Positions 45,001 to 54,282 of a stretch of DNA of 64,000 bases are shown here, piece by piece; positions within the stretch are counted from its first letter, which is position 1; each line of letters starts with the position of its first letter. The DNA is taken from contig CP128816.1 of assembly GCA_051546255.1 (NCBI GenBank), positions 1,426,001 to 1,490,000 on the forward strand. The letters run 5' to 3'. The stretch comes from Meyerozyma guilliermondii (lineage: Eukaryota). The notes beneath the pieces are model-generated. The model saw only the letters and a program-made list of their open reading frames with translations, had not been told where the DNA came from and ran no database searches. The translations under genes and the position numbers were made by a program.

Positions 45001-46852
45001 CGGGGTCAACTTTCGCTTTTAGCTTGTATGTGTTGCCTTCGATGATTTGAAACCAAACTTTGGAGAAATGTTCGTTGCGTGATACTGATAATGCCGATGT
45101 CATCAAATACATGGAAAGTGCCCAGCTATTATTAGCGTACATCGAAGGATGCATGGACAAGCCATTGCTTGGATTGACAAGTGAAACGTTTTGGGAAGAC
45201 AGGGTCGACTTTGCTATGTTATACCATAGTCTGTACCCAGTATCAAATATGCGTTCTACGGCCTCCAGCCATGTTGGATGGTTAACTTCTGCAGTCAAAG
45301 TATTGGCCAAGGGTATCATGAGGCAACTCAAAACTTCACAATAGGCAAATATAAGACATTCATTTCGGGTTTTTGCGAAAAACTTTGAAAGTGAATGCAA
45401 AAAGTCTGCACTTTCTTCAAAATTTTCCAATGGGTAATTGGTCAATTTGAGGTAACGCATGCCATGGATCAAAAGATGGAGCCTTGGTTCGTCTTCTTGA
45501 TTGACCACCAGGGGAATAGTCTCCAAGTCAGCAATAAACCTGTCACTAACGCTCATAAAACGTTTTTCAGACATTATTCCCAATAGCTCTGAGAAAAGGT
45601 TCCAATTTGCCGACCTGACGAGAGACTGACTCGTTGCAACTGGATCAGTCGACTTCAACTGTGTGTACACAATCTCTTCCAATTTGTCACCCAAATCATC
45701 GTTATCGAAAGACGTTTGCTTCACCACTTCTATGAGTACTCTGCAAAGAATAAATATCAGCGCAAGCGATTTACGGCTGGCCTGAATGGCAGTTTCTCGA
45801 GTCAGAGAAATACTCTCTTCCAAGCTATCTCGTTTTTTATCGAGCAGAACTCTAGTCAATTCTTCGGAGGTCTTCAGTGGAGCAGGAGGCATCGACGAAG
45901 ATGACTGGTTGCGGCGGTGTGCACCAGTCATTCTGTAGATGCTCTTGGATTTCATCAAACTCAAGCTTCTTTTAGCCCTTGGTTTCGGTTGTTCGGTACT
46001 GTTTTGAGCCATTTGTTGCGGATCCTTGGTGGATTGCTCATTTACAAGACGTCCTACTTCATTAGCTGCCAAGGCTGCCACTTCGTTCTTTGATTTCCGC
46101 CAGAACATTACACTATCAATGACTGGCTTGGGTTTCCTTCTGGCAATGTAGCCCAAGTTGGCGATAATCTTATCGAACTGCGGATCGGCCCCTTCACCGA
46201 GTATATCTATGATGGGATGCTCGGCATTTTCAGGGAACTCGAGACACATGTTGAGTTTTCGCTCGGCATGGCGAACAAACTGGGTGAATATGATATGCAA
46301 AGTGTACTCAGCCGGAGTCTTGGTTTCAGTCACCAAATTCTTGCGTAACGTGGCAACTTCATCATTTGCAATGTGTTTCAAGCTGTTGGACGATGCTGGA
46401 GGTGGAAGCTGTGGTGAAGGTTCATGATTTCCCATCACACTATGAGGTGATTGTAAAGGAAGACTATTTTTGGTAATTGAAAATGGTGAGGTTACATGCA
46501 TATCGAAGCCGTCGTTTTCTTCTTCGCCGTAGTCGATCGACTGGATTCCCAAACCCCTATCTATAACTGGGGCCTCTTGAAGAGAAAACTGGCGTGCAGG
46601 CGATGGAATTTGAATCTTACGGGGACTTTCATCGTTGGATATCTCCACAGTTCCGGCCTGTATTGGATTTTCCACATAAGAGGACCTATCAGAGTACAAA
46701 TTCGAGCCCAAGTCCACGACTTGGTGTCTTTGCAAAGTGGGATAGTCTCCAGGTTGGCCGTCTAGATCAAATTGGGATGGAAGAAGCTGGCCTTCTTGAC
46801 CTGATTTGGTATGAAGAATATCGTCTCTGTCAGTTTCGGCCATCTTTAGCAT
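39035..46852 (-). CDS. TAO3: RAM network scaffold Tao3/Pag1 (Furry/Mor2 family)
   Basis: ~2600-aa ORF; LHIIFTQFVRHAERKL, PKPVIDSVMFWRKSK, WATTCAVRHIACRSFQIFR, TATLFGIPDENGW; adjacent to MET18. Start 46852 or 46843. Confidence 0.93.
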   Translation of the reverse strand: MLKMAETDRDDILHTKSGQEGQLLPSQFDLDGQPGDYPTLQRHQVVDLGSNLYSDRSSYVENPIQAGTVEISNDESPRKIQIPSPARQFSLQEAPVIDRGLGIQSIDYGEEENDGFDMHVTSPFSITKNSLPLQSPHSVMGNHEPSPQLPPPASSNSLKHIANDEVATLRKNLVTETKTPAEYTLHIIFTQFVRHAERKLNMCLEFPENAEHPIIDILGEGADPQFDKIIANLGYIARRKPKPVIDSVMFWRKSKNEVAALAANEVGRLVNEQSTKDPQQMAQNSTEQPKPRAKRSLSLMKSKSIYRMTGAHRRNQSSSSMPPAPLKTSEELTRVLLDKKRDSLEESISLTRETAIQASRKSLALIFILCRVLIEVVKQTSFDNDDLGDKLEEIVYTQLKSTDPVATSQSLVRSANWNLFSELLGIMSEKRFMSVSDRFIADLETIPLVVNQEDEPRLHLLIHGMRYLKLTNYPLENFEESADFLHSLSKFFAKTRNECLIFAYCEVLSCLMIPLANTLTAEVNHPTWLEAVERIFDTGYRLWYNIAKSTLSSQNVSLVNPSNGLSMHPSMYANNSWALSMYLMTSALSVSRNEHFSKVWFQIIEGNTYKLKAKVDPEEKATFIICIARLIWVYLYRLPESLNNTVKRLESLFDILFFNSSNYNKKQHWLTSDYYLINALVQLIRIVGYQHLNFVLDNVLLKLLKSPSLGSERLLFVLKSYLLIVEDHEMGNKPVFPTDKVFSSRILVEDFSVNTKQNAPKGKEEQSRKKNVTINDFLFKARNSNNAASHDEICRTLGIFLKTLDEKLGCVIVPPEQSGNMSKSLSPFSAFNFGIENAFQQVQDVDIELFATLIDAIPWTMISQSEKPSASGLSFKAIVDLLTRNAVHSNPRVSKASVQALHNLASKKNANILLSIFAKIAFQFSEKPGPSYSSNYFNSNEYLKLCKVYVGLLNCWLVQFKETLSETKEKKNPLAQDDEMMNRDVLNDLYQINYKTDDIPLNTETSQRTNDDFEWKNIITAIEEIEGNALYFICSLDAKIRHYGISILKLVELFDQVIYKITDENEVSLTTKRPSHSRSASKFAADIGTRLIDVMENIDFFGLIRPMKNELSLAETSRLAKWKNKSNTLIKLAESDHGIDTTLWFRVYPKMLEIFFERCPMPVAMCRLIICIRIVQMHELVYEFSESYNSFTNSFFSKSTDCPPEVLVSQWRLYLIFACCSLTSTNEQKISFPSQPTHGRKKSMQLFIQHQKITSAKSVFRMVLPLLKTQRTIIRDAVISGLSCVNVNTFRTFLENIPETLNDWNTQSSRRDAAEDRLRIEVIHVLSNLTKRLGPTEAIYKDEWIVKNLVAMIKHLKTFLSDPSIQTNAEFQKLRRFFCIYLEHTFIGLQKNTNIDQWFPFEARIGCFNYLKEWSLVGEFEDIAEDRYRTMVNKANQKEVTAATIEIEKKAFQHASLSCMAVLCSGPVKQEIELPGQVAVMSFDIPGVMAWIHSLFSSDQVHLHDIGKSALSNLLAQNFHVKEIYQEVVRQCYTSQKRSGATGCYFVVFAENYMKRSIAEDQEKPYEVLCLSTYLVGNESYNVRSVAVELLNYLEAKHFQNHSVDKFVESVHSKSKVVYKKALYDISASLALLGPTGSFIRISYLTRYFNVVDSSSRRDILSCLLPWVLTISLEYESEKAISTQTEKPRTRKLNGLSTMVLNNLFEITVNFSSKIPNEVEALWVALAAKPEHFDMVVDFLINNCLERRNSRFVQYALQVINYLAFSQSDQSHLIVKLISNLQARNMVPTQMKGQSSNDQGETHFPYEANLWEIVPSSEKDTAFSLGQLSFIFLRDIFVNRHDQMVEHLPLLLHVTFSLFDHYLPVVQEQATTILIHLIHALVPEVQQGQDLIRSLRNKDSKNLWFYDDLSNDKRGAQTPKNMDLLVRKVFHLFTPLLPTLQYDWSRVSLNWATTCAVRHIACRSFQIFRSLFSFLDQGMLRDMLHRLSNTVSDDTADIQGFALQILMTLNAITAELDSAKLIDFPQLFWSSVACLSTIHEQEFIEVLSTMSKFISKIDLDAPDTVSCLISTFPRKWEGKFEGLHQVVMVGLRSSTSWEPSIKFLEKLNKLNDSDILGSGKSRLLLSLLANLPRYLHALELKDITPDIETSAMTLSKMADANSLTSLSRILVSMSKNRFRSKKDFLTQTVSTIRTDFFPDFEAQTLVTLLSFLSNKIPWIKQETMGLLSQILPAVNLQRDEFVGVGADLISPLLRLLLTDFAEQALEVLDEAVVISGSQLDKDMLRMSLGNSTLKKEYEKTATLFGIPDENGWGVPMPAVTAGRTRNNVHAVFSTCVVAPVGDENEGPEALDDEDIQFHREDYTGDYGDTISVNVDDHDATLSNVWAALDDFDSFFTKENGGHGNGIPNPMTFASKRRDNGRHNRNISQETGHSNSSDPITPMDSVPLVYDNKASVILNRSLARTQSNSSFKTSLADSIGNTNYVSSPSNVARRSYIPFRSSRHNTPSMNKNEGGFTSPLVPAPTTFEIGANYRSSPYSREKTSPSTTSPTLSVANALENASHEKKFEGLLHGKIRSKRPPKGSPGSPNNSPDLQAKGHWARNTST

Positions 46853-47206
46853 GTAAATAGCAAAATCTGTCCTTTTTCTCGGTTTAGTATCGTCAATCAA
46901 GAGTGGGATGACTTTCTTGGCTTTTGTTTGAGATTCTATTGTTTGTTTATAAGCGCTTTGCGCCACTATCGAAGGTTTCAAACTTAAATTAGGAGACTTT
47001 AACGGTTACTTTTTGAGAAAATTACCCGATTTGACGTCAATCCAAGATTCACACTCTAGATCTCCTTCGTGTATAATTCCGTTACTAAACAAGTTCGGTC
47101 TCTCGATCTATTGTTGGTCCTGCACCGTGCGCGCACGTCGGAGACGCTGAGAAACCAAGTGGTTAACCAATTTAGTCTGTACAAAATCGCACTCAAAGAG
47201 GCTAAA

Positions 47207-50200
47207 ATGAGTCAAAGTACTCAGCTTTCGACGACGATATCCCAGTATATTGCATCAACAGATGAGGAAGACGGGAGACCTTTTAGTCGTTCTTTGGCAT
47301 CGATATTGTCGCTGAGATCATCGACTTTGCTTCAATTTATTCAAGGTTTGGGGCCCATATTGACGTCTGAGTCGGAGCTTGCTCGTTCTAAAGCACTAGA
47401 GTGCCTTGCCACCACGTTGGAGGAAGTGGATCCGGCGGTGATCTCGAAACAGGATGTTTCGGTGCTCATTGATTTCCTCATCGCCAAACTCGATGACACT
47501 ACTTGTGTGTTATATGTCTTGAGAGCACTAATTACCATTATCAAGTTGAGCTCGTTCAAGCCCAGCGTAAACGGAAACCTAGAAAAGGTAATAGCTGCTT
47601 TGTCTACAAAGTACGATCCAAGAAAGCACCTTGCCAAAGTCAGGTACCACTCGTTCAATCTCATTCAAACTGCACTCGAGACACATTACCCTTATATTCA
47701 CACCCACCAGACGGAAATTGCCCAAAAGATTGTCGAAGCGTTCATTCACATTGCCAGTGGTGAGAAGGATCCCCGGAATCTTCTCATCTCGTTTGCTATC
47801 AATACAAAGTTGAACACCATGTTTGACTTTGATCCAACCACTCACAAACAGCTCATAAACGATCTCTTTGACGTCTGCTTCTGCTACTTCCCCATAACAT
47901 TCACCCCGCCACCTAATGATCCGTACAAAATCAAAGCCGAGGATTTGAAGGGCTCTTTGGAATCCACAATTGCATCTCAGTCTCTTTTCGCAAGTGACGC
48001 TTTCAGTGGCTTGCTCGAAAAGTTGACGTCGACAAACCCAGTAGTGCGCAATGATGTGCTAAGAACCCTTTACTTGTGCGTTGCCAACTACCAGTCTGAT
48101 GTCGTTTTGGCTCACTGGTTGAGTATCTGGAGCGCATTAAAGTTTGAAATTCTACATAATGACGTTTCAATCTTCCAATCCACTGCTACCGAAATTATAC
48201 CTGAAGGATACGAGCTTATCGACGACACGGACGATAGCAAAGTCCTCATCCAGACATTGGCGGTTATCAGAGAACTCCAGAGACAAATCATCAAACAAGA
48301 TGTATCCCAGCATAAGCACGTTGAAAATGGCGAGCATGATTTCAATTATACCAACAAGTTCTTAAAGTCTGTTACTGCTGACTTGAAGGAGTCTGTGGCT
48401 ACTGTAAGCAAGTCATTCAAGCAAGCTGTCATCATTTTAGCACTTCTTGGTGCTGAGTCGCCTGAACTGTTTTCTGTCATAGTTGGCTTCCAATTCTCTC
48501 CAGAAATATGGGGCAAGTACATTGGAGGTGACGAGCGCCAACCGGATGTAGAAATGGATATCAACGAACTGGCAATCTTGAATGTTTCCAAGCAACGTGA
48601 ATTGATAGACTGCCTTGGATTTGTCTTGATCTCATTTAGACTCTTGACTTCAGCCGGTGTATCAGAAGAGTTCATGGAGAACAACAAGCTTTTAGCTTAC
48701 AAAGACCATTTGCTCTTATTCCTCGGTCAATTACTACAGACAACCTCCAATATCGAAAAGACTTTAAAGTGCAAAATTGTTCAACAATTGATAGCATTAA
48801 TACAATTACCTGGCTTATTGACGGTTCAAGAGGTAACGTTAATATTTGGTTACTTCAAAGATATATTGTCTCAGTTAGAAAGAGAAAACCATGATTCTTG
48901 GGATGAAGATATTGTGGTGAAGGAGATTATTAAAGGATCCGTAAGCGTTGTGGAGGATACTACCCCAGCAAACGCACCAAAGAAAACTGTGGTTACGGAA
49001 ACCTTGCTACCATTTTTGATGGACCTAATTGTTCCCGAGGCTAGTTCCAATGCTATTGGCAAAGCACTTGGGGTCATCAAGAGCTTGTCAATACACCACC
49101 AATTCTTGGAGGTGGTTTCAATCCGCCTTTTAAATAAGATCACACATTTCTTACAACTGAGCATCTCAATTGAAACAAAGGCCGATGCTTTCAAGGAAAT
49201 CTGCCAGACATTGCTGGAATCGATAATGAATACGCAAGCGATTTTCCAGTTTCTGACAAATTCGTGGTATAAAAATTTTGTTCCACGCTTCCTCAGAAGT
49301 TTCTTCGACTTATGGTCACAGAATCAGCAACCCGATGTCGCTGCTGTGGAGGCAGCTGGCAATTTGGTGGGAGTAATTGTCAGATTTCTCGATAAAAGCA
49401 AGCACCAAACTTCATTGAATGAATTAACTACATTATTCTTACTTCCGCAAAACAGCTTCCAACTTCCAGCTGCTCAGATTTCAGTCTCTAGTTCTCCGTT
49501 GGTTGGTCTTTTCAACCAGATTATAGCAAATGTCGATAAATCTGTATCGTTCGAAGAAGCTGCTTCACCAATAGTGGTATCTGAGTTGATCAACGACATC
49601 ACTTGTCGATGCCAAGATTCCGAAATAGACAATGGGTATACTCGTTTATGTTACTTGCAAATGTTGGCAATTTTGTCCAACAAGTTGGTAAAGGATGCTA
49701 CCTTGTTTGACCCCTACCTTCAACCAACATACGACGATATTTCCACTGAGACTGGAAAGTTACCTTTGAACAAGGTTCAAAAATTCGAAGTCCTCGTTTG
49801 GATTACAAAAGGGCTTGTGATGAAGTTAGACCAGAAGGGTATGGAACTCACACAAAAACTTGTGAGTCTTTTGTCAAATGCCAATAATGAGGTTCAACAA
49901 TTGACATCGAGATGCTTGGGAATTCTTGTGTGTGATCTTCCCATCTTCACGATATCGAGTACATCAAAGAAGCAAGTGAAGCTTGGCTCTGGGGTGACTC
50001 CTACAAACGTCCGTTTGTTGTACAAACAAAGATTATTCGACACATTGCTTCCATTGCTAATGGAAGGTTACCAGAACACCAAAGATGAAGTCTACCTCGT
50101 TTCATTGTCAATCTTGGTTGAAAATGTTCTGTCTTCTTTGTTGAAGGGCCACTTGGATGAACTTTCTTCGATGGTGACAAACAGTTTACCCATTAATAAT

Positions 50201-50536
50201 CCTGTGATTGTCGGTTCCGCTCTCAAAACTTTGAAGATTCTTATAGACGAAGCACCCGAATTGGTGAAACCTCATCTCAACACCATTATCGAGAGATTAA
50301 TAGCTCTTGTCGTTCAGAAGATTGTTGCTGGAAAGAGATTAGTAAATGCTGAAAACGTTCGATGTGAAGCATTGGTATGTTTGTTAAAAATTTTCCAAAA
50401 CCTTGAGTTGGAATACACCGTTCCATATCAAAAGGGAACGATCAAAAAGCTCGAGCCAGCCTTGGACGATAAAAAGCGGCTGGTGCGTAAATACTGTTGC
50501 GACTTAAGGCAAGTTCTTTACGAGCTAGGCAGATAA
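47207..50536 (+). CDS. MET18: CIA targeting factor Mms19/Met18 (HEAT repeats)
   Basis: GEKDPRNLL, FDVCFCYFPITFTPPPNDPY, C-terminal LDDKKRxVRK; ATG at 47207. Confidence 0.93.
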   Translation: MSQSTQLSTTISQYIASTDEEDGRPFSRSLASILSLRSSTLLQFIQGLGPILTSESELARSKALECLATTLEEVDPAVISKQDVSVLIDFLIAKLDDTTCVLYVLRALITIIKLSSFKPSVNGNLEKVIAALSTKYDPRKHLAKVRYHSFNLIQTALETHYPYIHTHQTEIAQKIVEAFIHIASGEKDPRNLLISFAINTKLNTMFDFDPTTHKQLINDLFDVCFCYFPITFTPPPNDPYKIKAEDLKGSLESTIASQSLFASDAFSGLLEKLTSTNPVVRNDVLRTLYLCVANYQSDVVLAHWLSIWSALKFEILHNDVSIFQSTATEIIPEGYELIDDTDDSKVLIQTLAVIRELQRQIIKQDVSQHKHVENGEHDFNYTNKFLKSVTADLKESVATVSKSFKQAVIILALLGAESPELFSVIVGFQFSPEIWGKYIGGDERQPDVEMDINELAILNVSKQRELIDCLGFVLISFRLLTSAGVSEEFMENNKLLAYKDHLLLFLGQLLQTTSNIEKTLKCKIVQQLIALIQLPGLLTVQEVTLIFGYFKDILSQLERENHDSWDEDIVVKEIIKGSVSVVEDTTPANAPKKTVVTETLLPFLMDLIVPEASSNAIGKALGVIKSLSIHHQFLEVVSIRLLNKITHFLQLSISIETKADAFKEICQTLLESIMNTQAIFQFLTNSWYKNFVPRFLRSFFDLWSQNQQPDVAAVEAAGNLVGVIVRFLDKSKHQTSLNELTTLFLLPQNSFQLPAAQISVSSSPLVGLFNQIIANVDKSVSFEEAASPIVVSELINDITCRCQDSEIDNGYTRLCYLQMLAILSNKLVKDATLFDPYLQPTYDDISTETGKLPLNKVQKFEVLVWITKGLVMKLDQKGMELTQKLVSLLSNANNEVQQLTSRCLGILVCDLPIFTISSTSKKQVKLGSGVTPTNVRLLYKQRLFDTLLPLLMEGYQNTKDEVYLVSLSILVENVLSSLLKGHLDELSSMVTNSLPINNPVIVGSALKTLKILIDEAPELVKPHLNTIIERLIALVVQKIVAGKRLVNAENVRCEALVCLLKIFQNLELEYTVPYQKGTIKKLEPALDDKKRLVRKYCCDLRQVLYELGR

Positions 50537-50589
50537 AGGTTAATAGATATAGATATTGCAACCCTAAAATGTAACTATATGCAATTGTG

Positions 50590-51165
50590 CTAATCACTGT
50601 CTTCGTCGTCGTCGTCCAAGCCAACCGGAGCCAATCCCGGTGTCAAACCAGGATACGATATTTTTCCACGTTTCAATTTTTCATTGAAGTCCTTCTTCAG
50701 TTTTTGCTTTGTTTTCTTGTTGGATTTTCGTTGTGCTGCCAAGATTTCTTCTTGTAGAGATTCGAGCTCGGATTTGAGTTCGTAGTCTTCGATTTCCGAA
50801 AGACGTGAAAGTGAATTTGCGTTCCGCTTAACGATCTTGTTCAAGTACTTTTCTTCCTCTACCGTTAATTCATTATTCTCTTTATGCGATTTGATGATCT
50901 GATGCTTAGCCAACTTATTGACCTTCTTGGCTTCTTCCTGCTGTTTCTTCAATTTGCGTTGTTGCTTCAACTTGGCCTTCTTTTGGAGCCTTCTGACTTC
51001 ATCGGCCGAAAGTGCTCTGGTCTTTAGTTGATTATTCACGGACTGAGCTTTTGATTGGGAGCGTGCTTTTCCAGCTTGCACCGCCTCGACGGGCACTATC
51101 CCCAGAAGGAACTTTTGTAGCGTCGACTCCGCCAGCGACTTGGAACTTTGTGACGAAAACGACAT
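50590..51165 (-). CDS. RRT14: Regulator of rDNA transcription 14 (nucleolar)
   Basis: Lys-rich; C-terminal ISYPGLTPGLAPVG.DD.D signature; synteny with YIL127C; PAC site upstream. Confidence 0.88.
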   Translation of the reverse strand: MSFSSQSSKSLAESTLQKFLLGIVPVEAVQAGKARSQSKAQSVNNQLKTRALSADEVRRLQKKAKLKQQRKLKKQQEEAKKVNKLAKHQIIKSHKENNELTVEEEKYLNKIVKRNANSLSRLSEIEDYELKSELESLQEEILAAQRKSNKKTKQKLKKDFNEKLKRGKISYPGLTPGLAPVGLDDDDEDSD

Positions 51166-51291
51166 ACCCTCGTTCCACATCTTGAATCTCAATTTGTGCG
51201 ATGAGATGTCCTGCAGGTAAGGCGCGTCGATTTGAATATGGGGAAACCGCATTCACCTGTCAAAGTAGGTAGCCGATGAAAGTTGTGAAAG

Positions 51292-51772
51292 CCTCGGCCA
51301 AGCACCATTTTGGGCCACATTCGAGTCTGCGCATGTTGACCCCATTTTGATGTCCTCGGACTAGTGTGCAAAATGCAGGAACAACGGCTGGAAACGTCGG
51401 TGAAGTTCGCTCATGTGACGTGAAATCCCCAGCCGAGTGCGAAGTAATCTTGTGCGAATAGGCTTCCTTCCGTTCGGGGTAATTTTGCGAGATGCGAGTC
51501 GCGGGTCTGGTTTACGGATGTGCGGCGATAACCGATGTTGGCAAAGATGTCGATGTTTTGTTGGAGTAGATACCATCTTAGCTTCTGATTCAAAAATTCA
51601 ATTTTGCAATTTTTGTCATTCTACCCCATATTCCAATCTCACCTCGTCCCTCGCTCCACATGCCCGCCAAACCCCACTGCAGCATTGCGGTTCGTGTGCA
51701 GGTCACCCCTCTCTTTGACCGCGGGTAGTATTTTCACATGGCTCTGTGCGCCGGACTATCCTGGGGTATAAA
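51292..51772. promoter_or_regulatory. Upstream region of the SCP2 gene: two CCTCGG (FarA/Ctf1/Por1-type fatty-acid response) sites at 51292 and 51354, Mig1-like GGGG boxes, TATAAA at ~51767
   Basis: Motif matches consistent with an oleate-induced, glucose-repressed peroxisomal gene. Confidence 0.45.
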
Positions 51773-51812
51773 GGTTGCTGAAGTCGCATAAGATTCATAA
51801 TTAGTATTTATT

Positions 51813-52196
51813 ATGTCTGACGTCACCGCTGAAGGATTCGAGTGTTCCCCCATCTTCGAGCTTTTGAATGAAGCTTTGAAAGACGAAAGTCTCAAGAAAA
51901 AGGCCATTGCTGGTGCCAAGTGCGTTTTGGTCATCTCGTTGAAAAACAAGGAAGGCAAGGACCAAAGCTGGCTTTTGGACTTGAAAAAGGAAGGTTCCGT
52001 CAAGAAGGTTGACTCTGTGCCAAAGAGTGATGTCCAATTGATCTTGAAGGATGGTGACTTCCTCAAGTTGGCCGAGGGTACTGCCAACGGTCAAAAGTTG
52101 TTCATGAACGGAAAGTTGAAGATCAAGGGTAACATGATGAAGGCCACTGCCATCGAGGGTGTGTTCAAGCAACTCGACCCAAGATCCAAGTTGTAA
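51813..52196 (+). CDS. POX18: Peroxisomal SCP2 sterol/lipid carrier (POX18-like)
   Basis: [27 protein letters not shown]2 signature; PTS1 -SKL. Confidence 0.9.
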   Translation: MSDVTAEGFECSPIFELLNEALKDESLKKKAIAGAKCVLVISLKNKEGKDQSWLLDLKKEGSVKKVDSVPKSDVQLILKDGDFLKLAEGTANGQKLFMNGKLKIKGNMMKATAIEGVFKQLDPRSKL

Positions 52197-52237
52197 GTGT
52201 TTATAAATAAGATATGACATCATCAGAACCAGTAGAT

Positions 52238-53449
52238 CTAAGTCTCAGCCATCCCAAAAACCGCTACCCCGGATTTGTCAGAGACGAAGAGATGGGCACC
52301 GTTATAGGAGAAGCTTGTAGCGGTGAAAAGCTCAGGCACACCCACCATGTAGGTTATGGAGTGAGTGCCATTCTCGACGTCAATGTTCACTTTTAGGATC
52401 AAATCGGCCCCATTCGTCACCAATACTTGGAGCTGATGCTCGCTTTCATTTAAAACGGTGAGATGAGCAATTCTGTGGGGTGACAAAGAAACGTCAATTT
52501 TCTTAGTTTCTTGCTCCCAAACTAGAATGTGACCATTCCCGTATCCAGCAATAATATACTTGCCAGAAATCACCATCGAGGTGACTGCTACACCTTCAAA
52601 CCCTACTAGTCGCTTGCGAAGCTGCGAATGGTACCCCACATCGAAACTCTGAATAATGCCACTTTCGTACCCAACATACAATTCCCGGCCAACGGTGTCG
52701 AACTCCTTGTCTGTGAGAGGCTCTTTGATGCTCCAGGGCTTGGGGAGCTCGACGGTGGCTATGCAATTGACAGGGTCTTGCAAATTATCAATGCGACGAA
52801 ACGAGTACACTAAAGAGCCCGATCCACACTCCCATAAATTGACCGCTCCATCAAGGGACCCCGTCAAGTAGTTGCGGCCGTTACCTATGAACTCAATTGA
52901 CGTAATTCCCAGAGTATGTCCCTTCAAAACTTTAGCAGGAATTTGTGAGTCGTTTTCAAGCAGCCATATTTTCATCTGGAGATCCAATCCCACTGTCAAA
53001 ATCACCTGCTGCGACGGGAAAACTCGAATATGCTCTATATTAGCCGCATGGGCACCCTTAACCTCCTTCACAATCTTTTTCTCCTTCAAATCATAAACTA
53101 TATATGTTCCTTGGATAGTTCCCATGATGAGCTTGTTGCTTGTGGATGCAAGAGACATCACAGAATCGAAAGTGTGCCACGACTCCGCAGCCTGTAGGAC
53201 ATAACTATCGTCTCCGATCTTCAACTTGAACCTTCGGCGATTTTTCAGTGAAAATTGAATAAATACAACTCCTTCCAGGTTGGTGAACTTTACCTGGTTG
53301 TCCTCTTTTGCCACATTTATGTAGAATAATTCCTGTTCTGATTCCTCTGAGGTTCTACGAGATACCCAAAAGCTTTCCTGCTCCACTGTGCCGTCTTCGA
53401 CATCTTGAATGACATCTACAAAGGTGTCTTGCACAGTTATGAATTGCAT
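52238..53449 (-). CDS. RPN14: WD40 proteasome base assembly chaperone Rpn14 (PAAF1)
   Basis: AH..I...RVFPS.QVILT...D.QMKIW, GH..GIT....IGNGRN.L..S.DG.V.LWECGSG; synteny with COG7-PMC1. Confidence 0.88.
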   Translation of the reverse strand: MQFITVQDTFVDVIQDVEDGTVEQESFWVSRRTSEESEQELFYINVAKEDNQVKFTNLEGVVFIQFSLKNRRRFKLKIGDDSYVLQAAESWHTFDSVMSLASTSNKLIMGTIQGTYIVYDLKEKKIVKEVKGAHAANIEHIRVFPSQQVILTVGLDLQMKIWLLENDSQIPAKVLKGHTLGITSIEFIGNGRNYLTGSLDGAVNLWECGSGSLVYSFRRIDNLQDPVNCIATVELPKPWSIKEPLTDKEFDTVGRELYVGYESGIIQSFDVGYHSQLRKRLVGFEGVAVTSMVISGKYIIAGYGNGHILVWEQETKKIDVSLSPHRIAHLTVLNESEHQLQVLVTNGADLILKVNIDVENGTHSITYMVGVPELFTATSFSYNGAHLFVSDKSGVAVFGMAET

Positions 53450-53508
53450 CTTTCTTTCAAATCTAAAATCGCGAACTTTGAATATTTCGCGAGCTTCTTC
53501 TTATCACC

Positions 53509-54216
53509 ATGTCCACGTTTGCAATGTTCCACGACCAGGACTTTGATCCTGCGTCCTACGTCGACGCTCTAGTGCTGTCCATGGCACAAAAAGACCCTTA
53601 TTCAAAGAAAAGTCTACTGGAAATCAACAATAAATGCTCCAATTTGGTGGCCCATCTAGACTACTATACCGGCCAACTATCACGAGAAGTCATAGAAAAA
53701 ACTGAAACCTTGAAGAAATCATCGTCAGCATTGGTTTCTCACGACACAAACGACTCCTACGACCAAATATCACGCCTCCAATACTACATAAATTCGGTTT
53801 CAAATGCCGTTATCGCACTCAAGGCAGACGTCGAAGTGGTGAATACGCAATTGGAATCTGCTTCGGATGCAGATCACGAGAAGATCCAGAGCTTGATCAA
53901 ACTCAAGGAGTGTCGTAGTAACCTCCTTCTGGTGCTCTCGATTTTCGAGAAAATTGACGTTGTTACTCGCGATAGAGCCGACCAGGTGTCCACCATAACT
54001 GTCACTGATTTTGCCAAGGCTCTTTCACTTCTCCACACCACAATCACAGCCCAATTATCCAATCCCGCTACACGCACTGAATCCTTGAAGCAGAACATAG
54101 AAGATTTGATCCAACTCCTACCAGTATTCCACAACATGCATCGCTTCTACCCTATATATAAAGATTTTGTGGGGAAGCTCTCCGGTGAAAGACAAAACTA
54201 CCCAGAAATGAACTAG
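53509..54216 (+). CDS. COG7: Conserved oligomeric Golgi complex subunit 7 (short yeast type)
   Basis: [32 protein letters not shown] motifs; position between RPN14 and PMC1. Confidence 0.8.
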   Translation: MSTFAMFHDQDFDPASYVDALVLSMAQKDPYSKKSLLEINNKCSNLVAHLDYYTGQLSREVIEKTETLKKSSSALVSHDTNDSYDQISRLQYYINSVSNAVIALKADVEVVNTQLESASDADHEKIQSLIKLKECRSNLLLVLSIFEKIDVVTRDRADQVSTITVTDFAKALSLLHTTITAQLSNPATRTESLKQNIEDLIQLLPVFHNMHRFYPIYKDFVGKLSGERQNYPEMN

Positions 54217-54282
54217 ATGCTCAATTCTAAAACCAAGTAAATTTTAGTGTCTAATATAATACAAATGCTAATTAATTCTCGC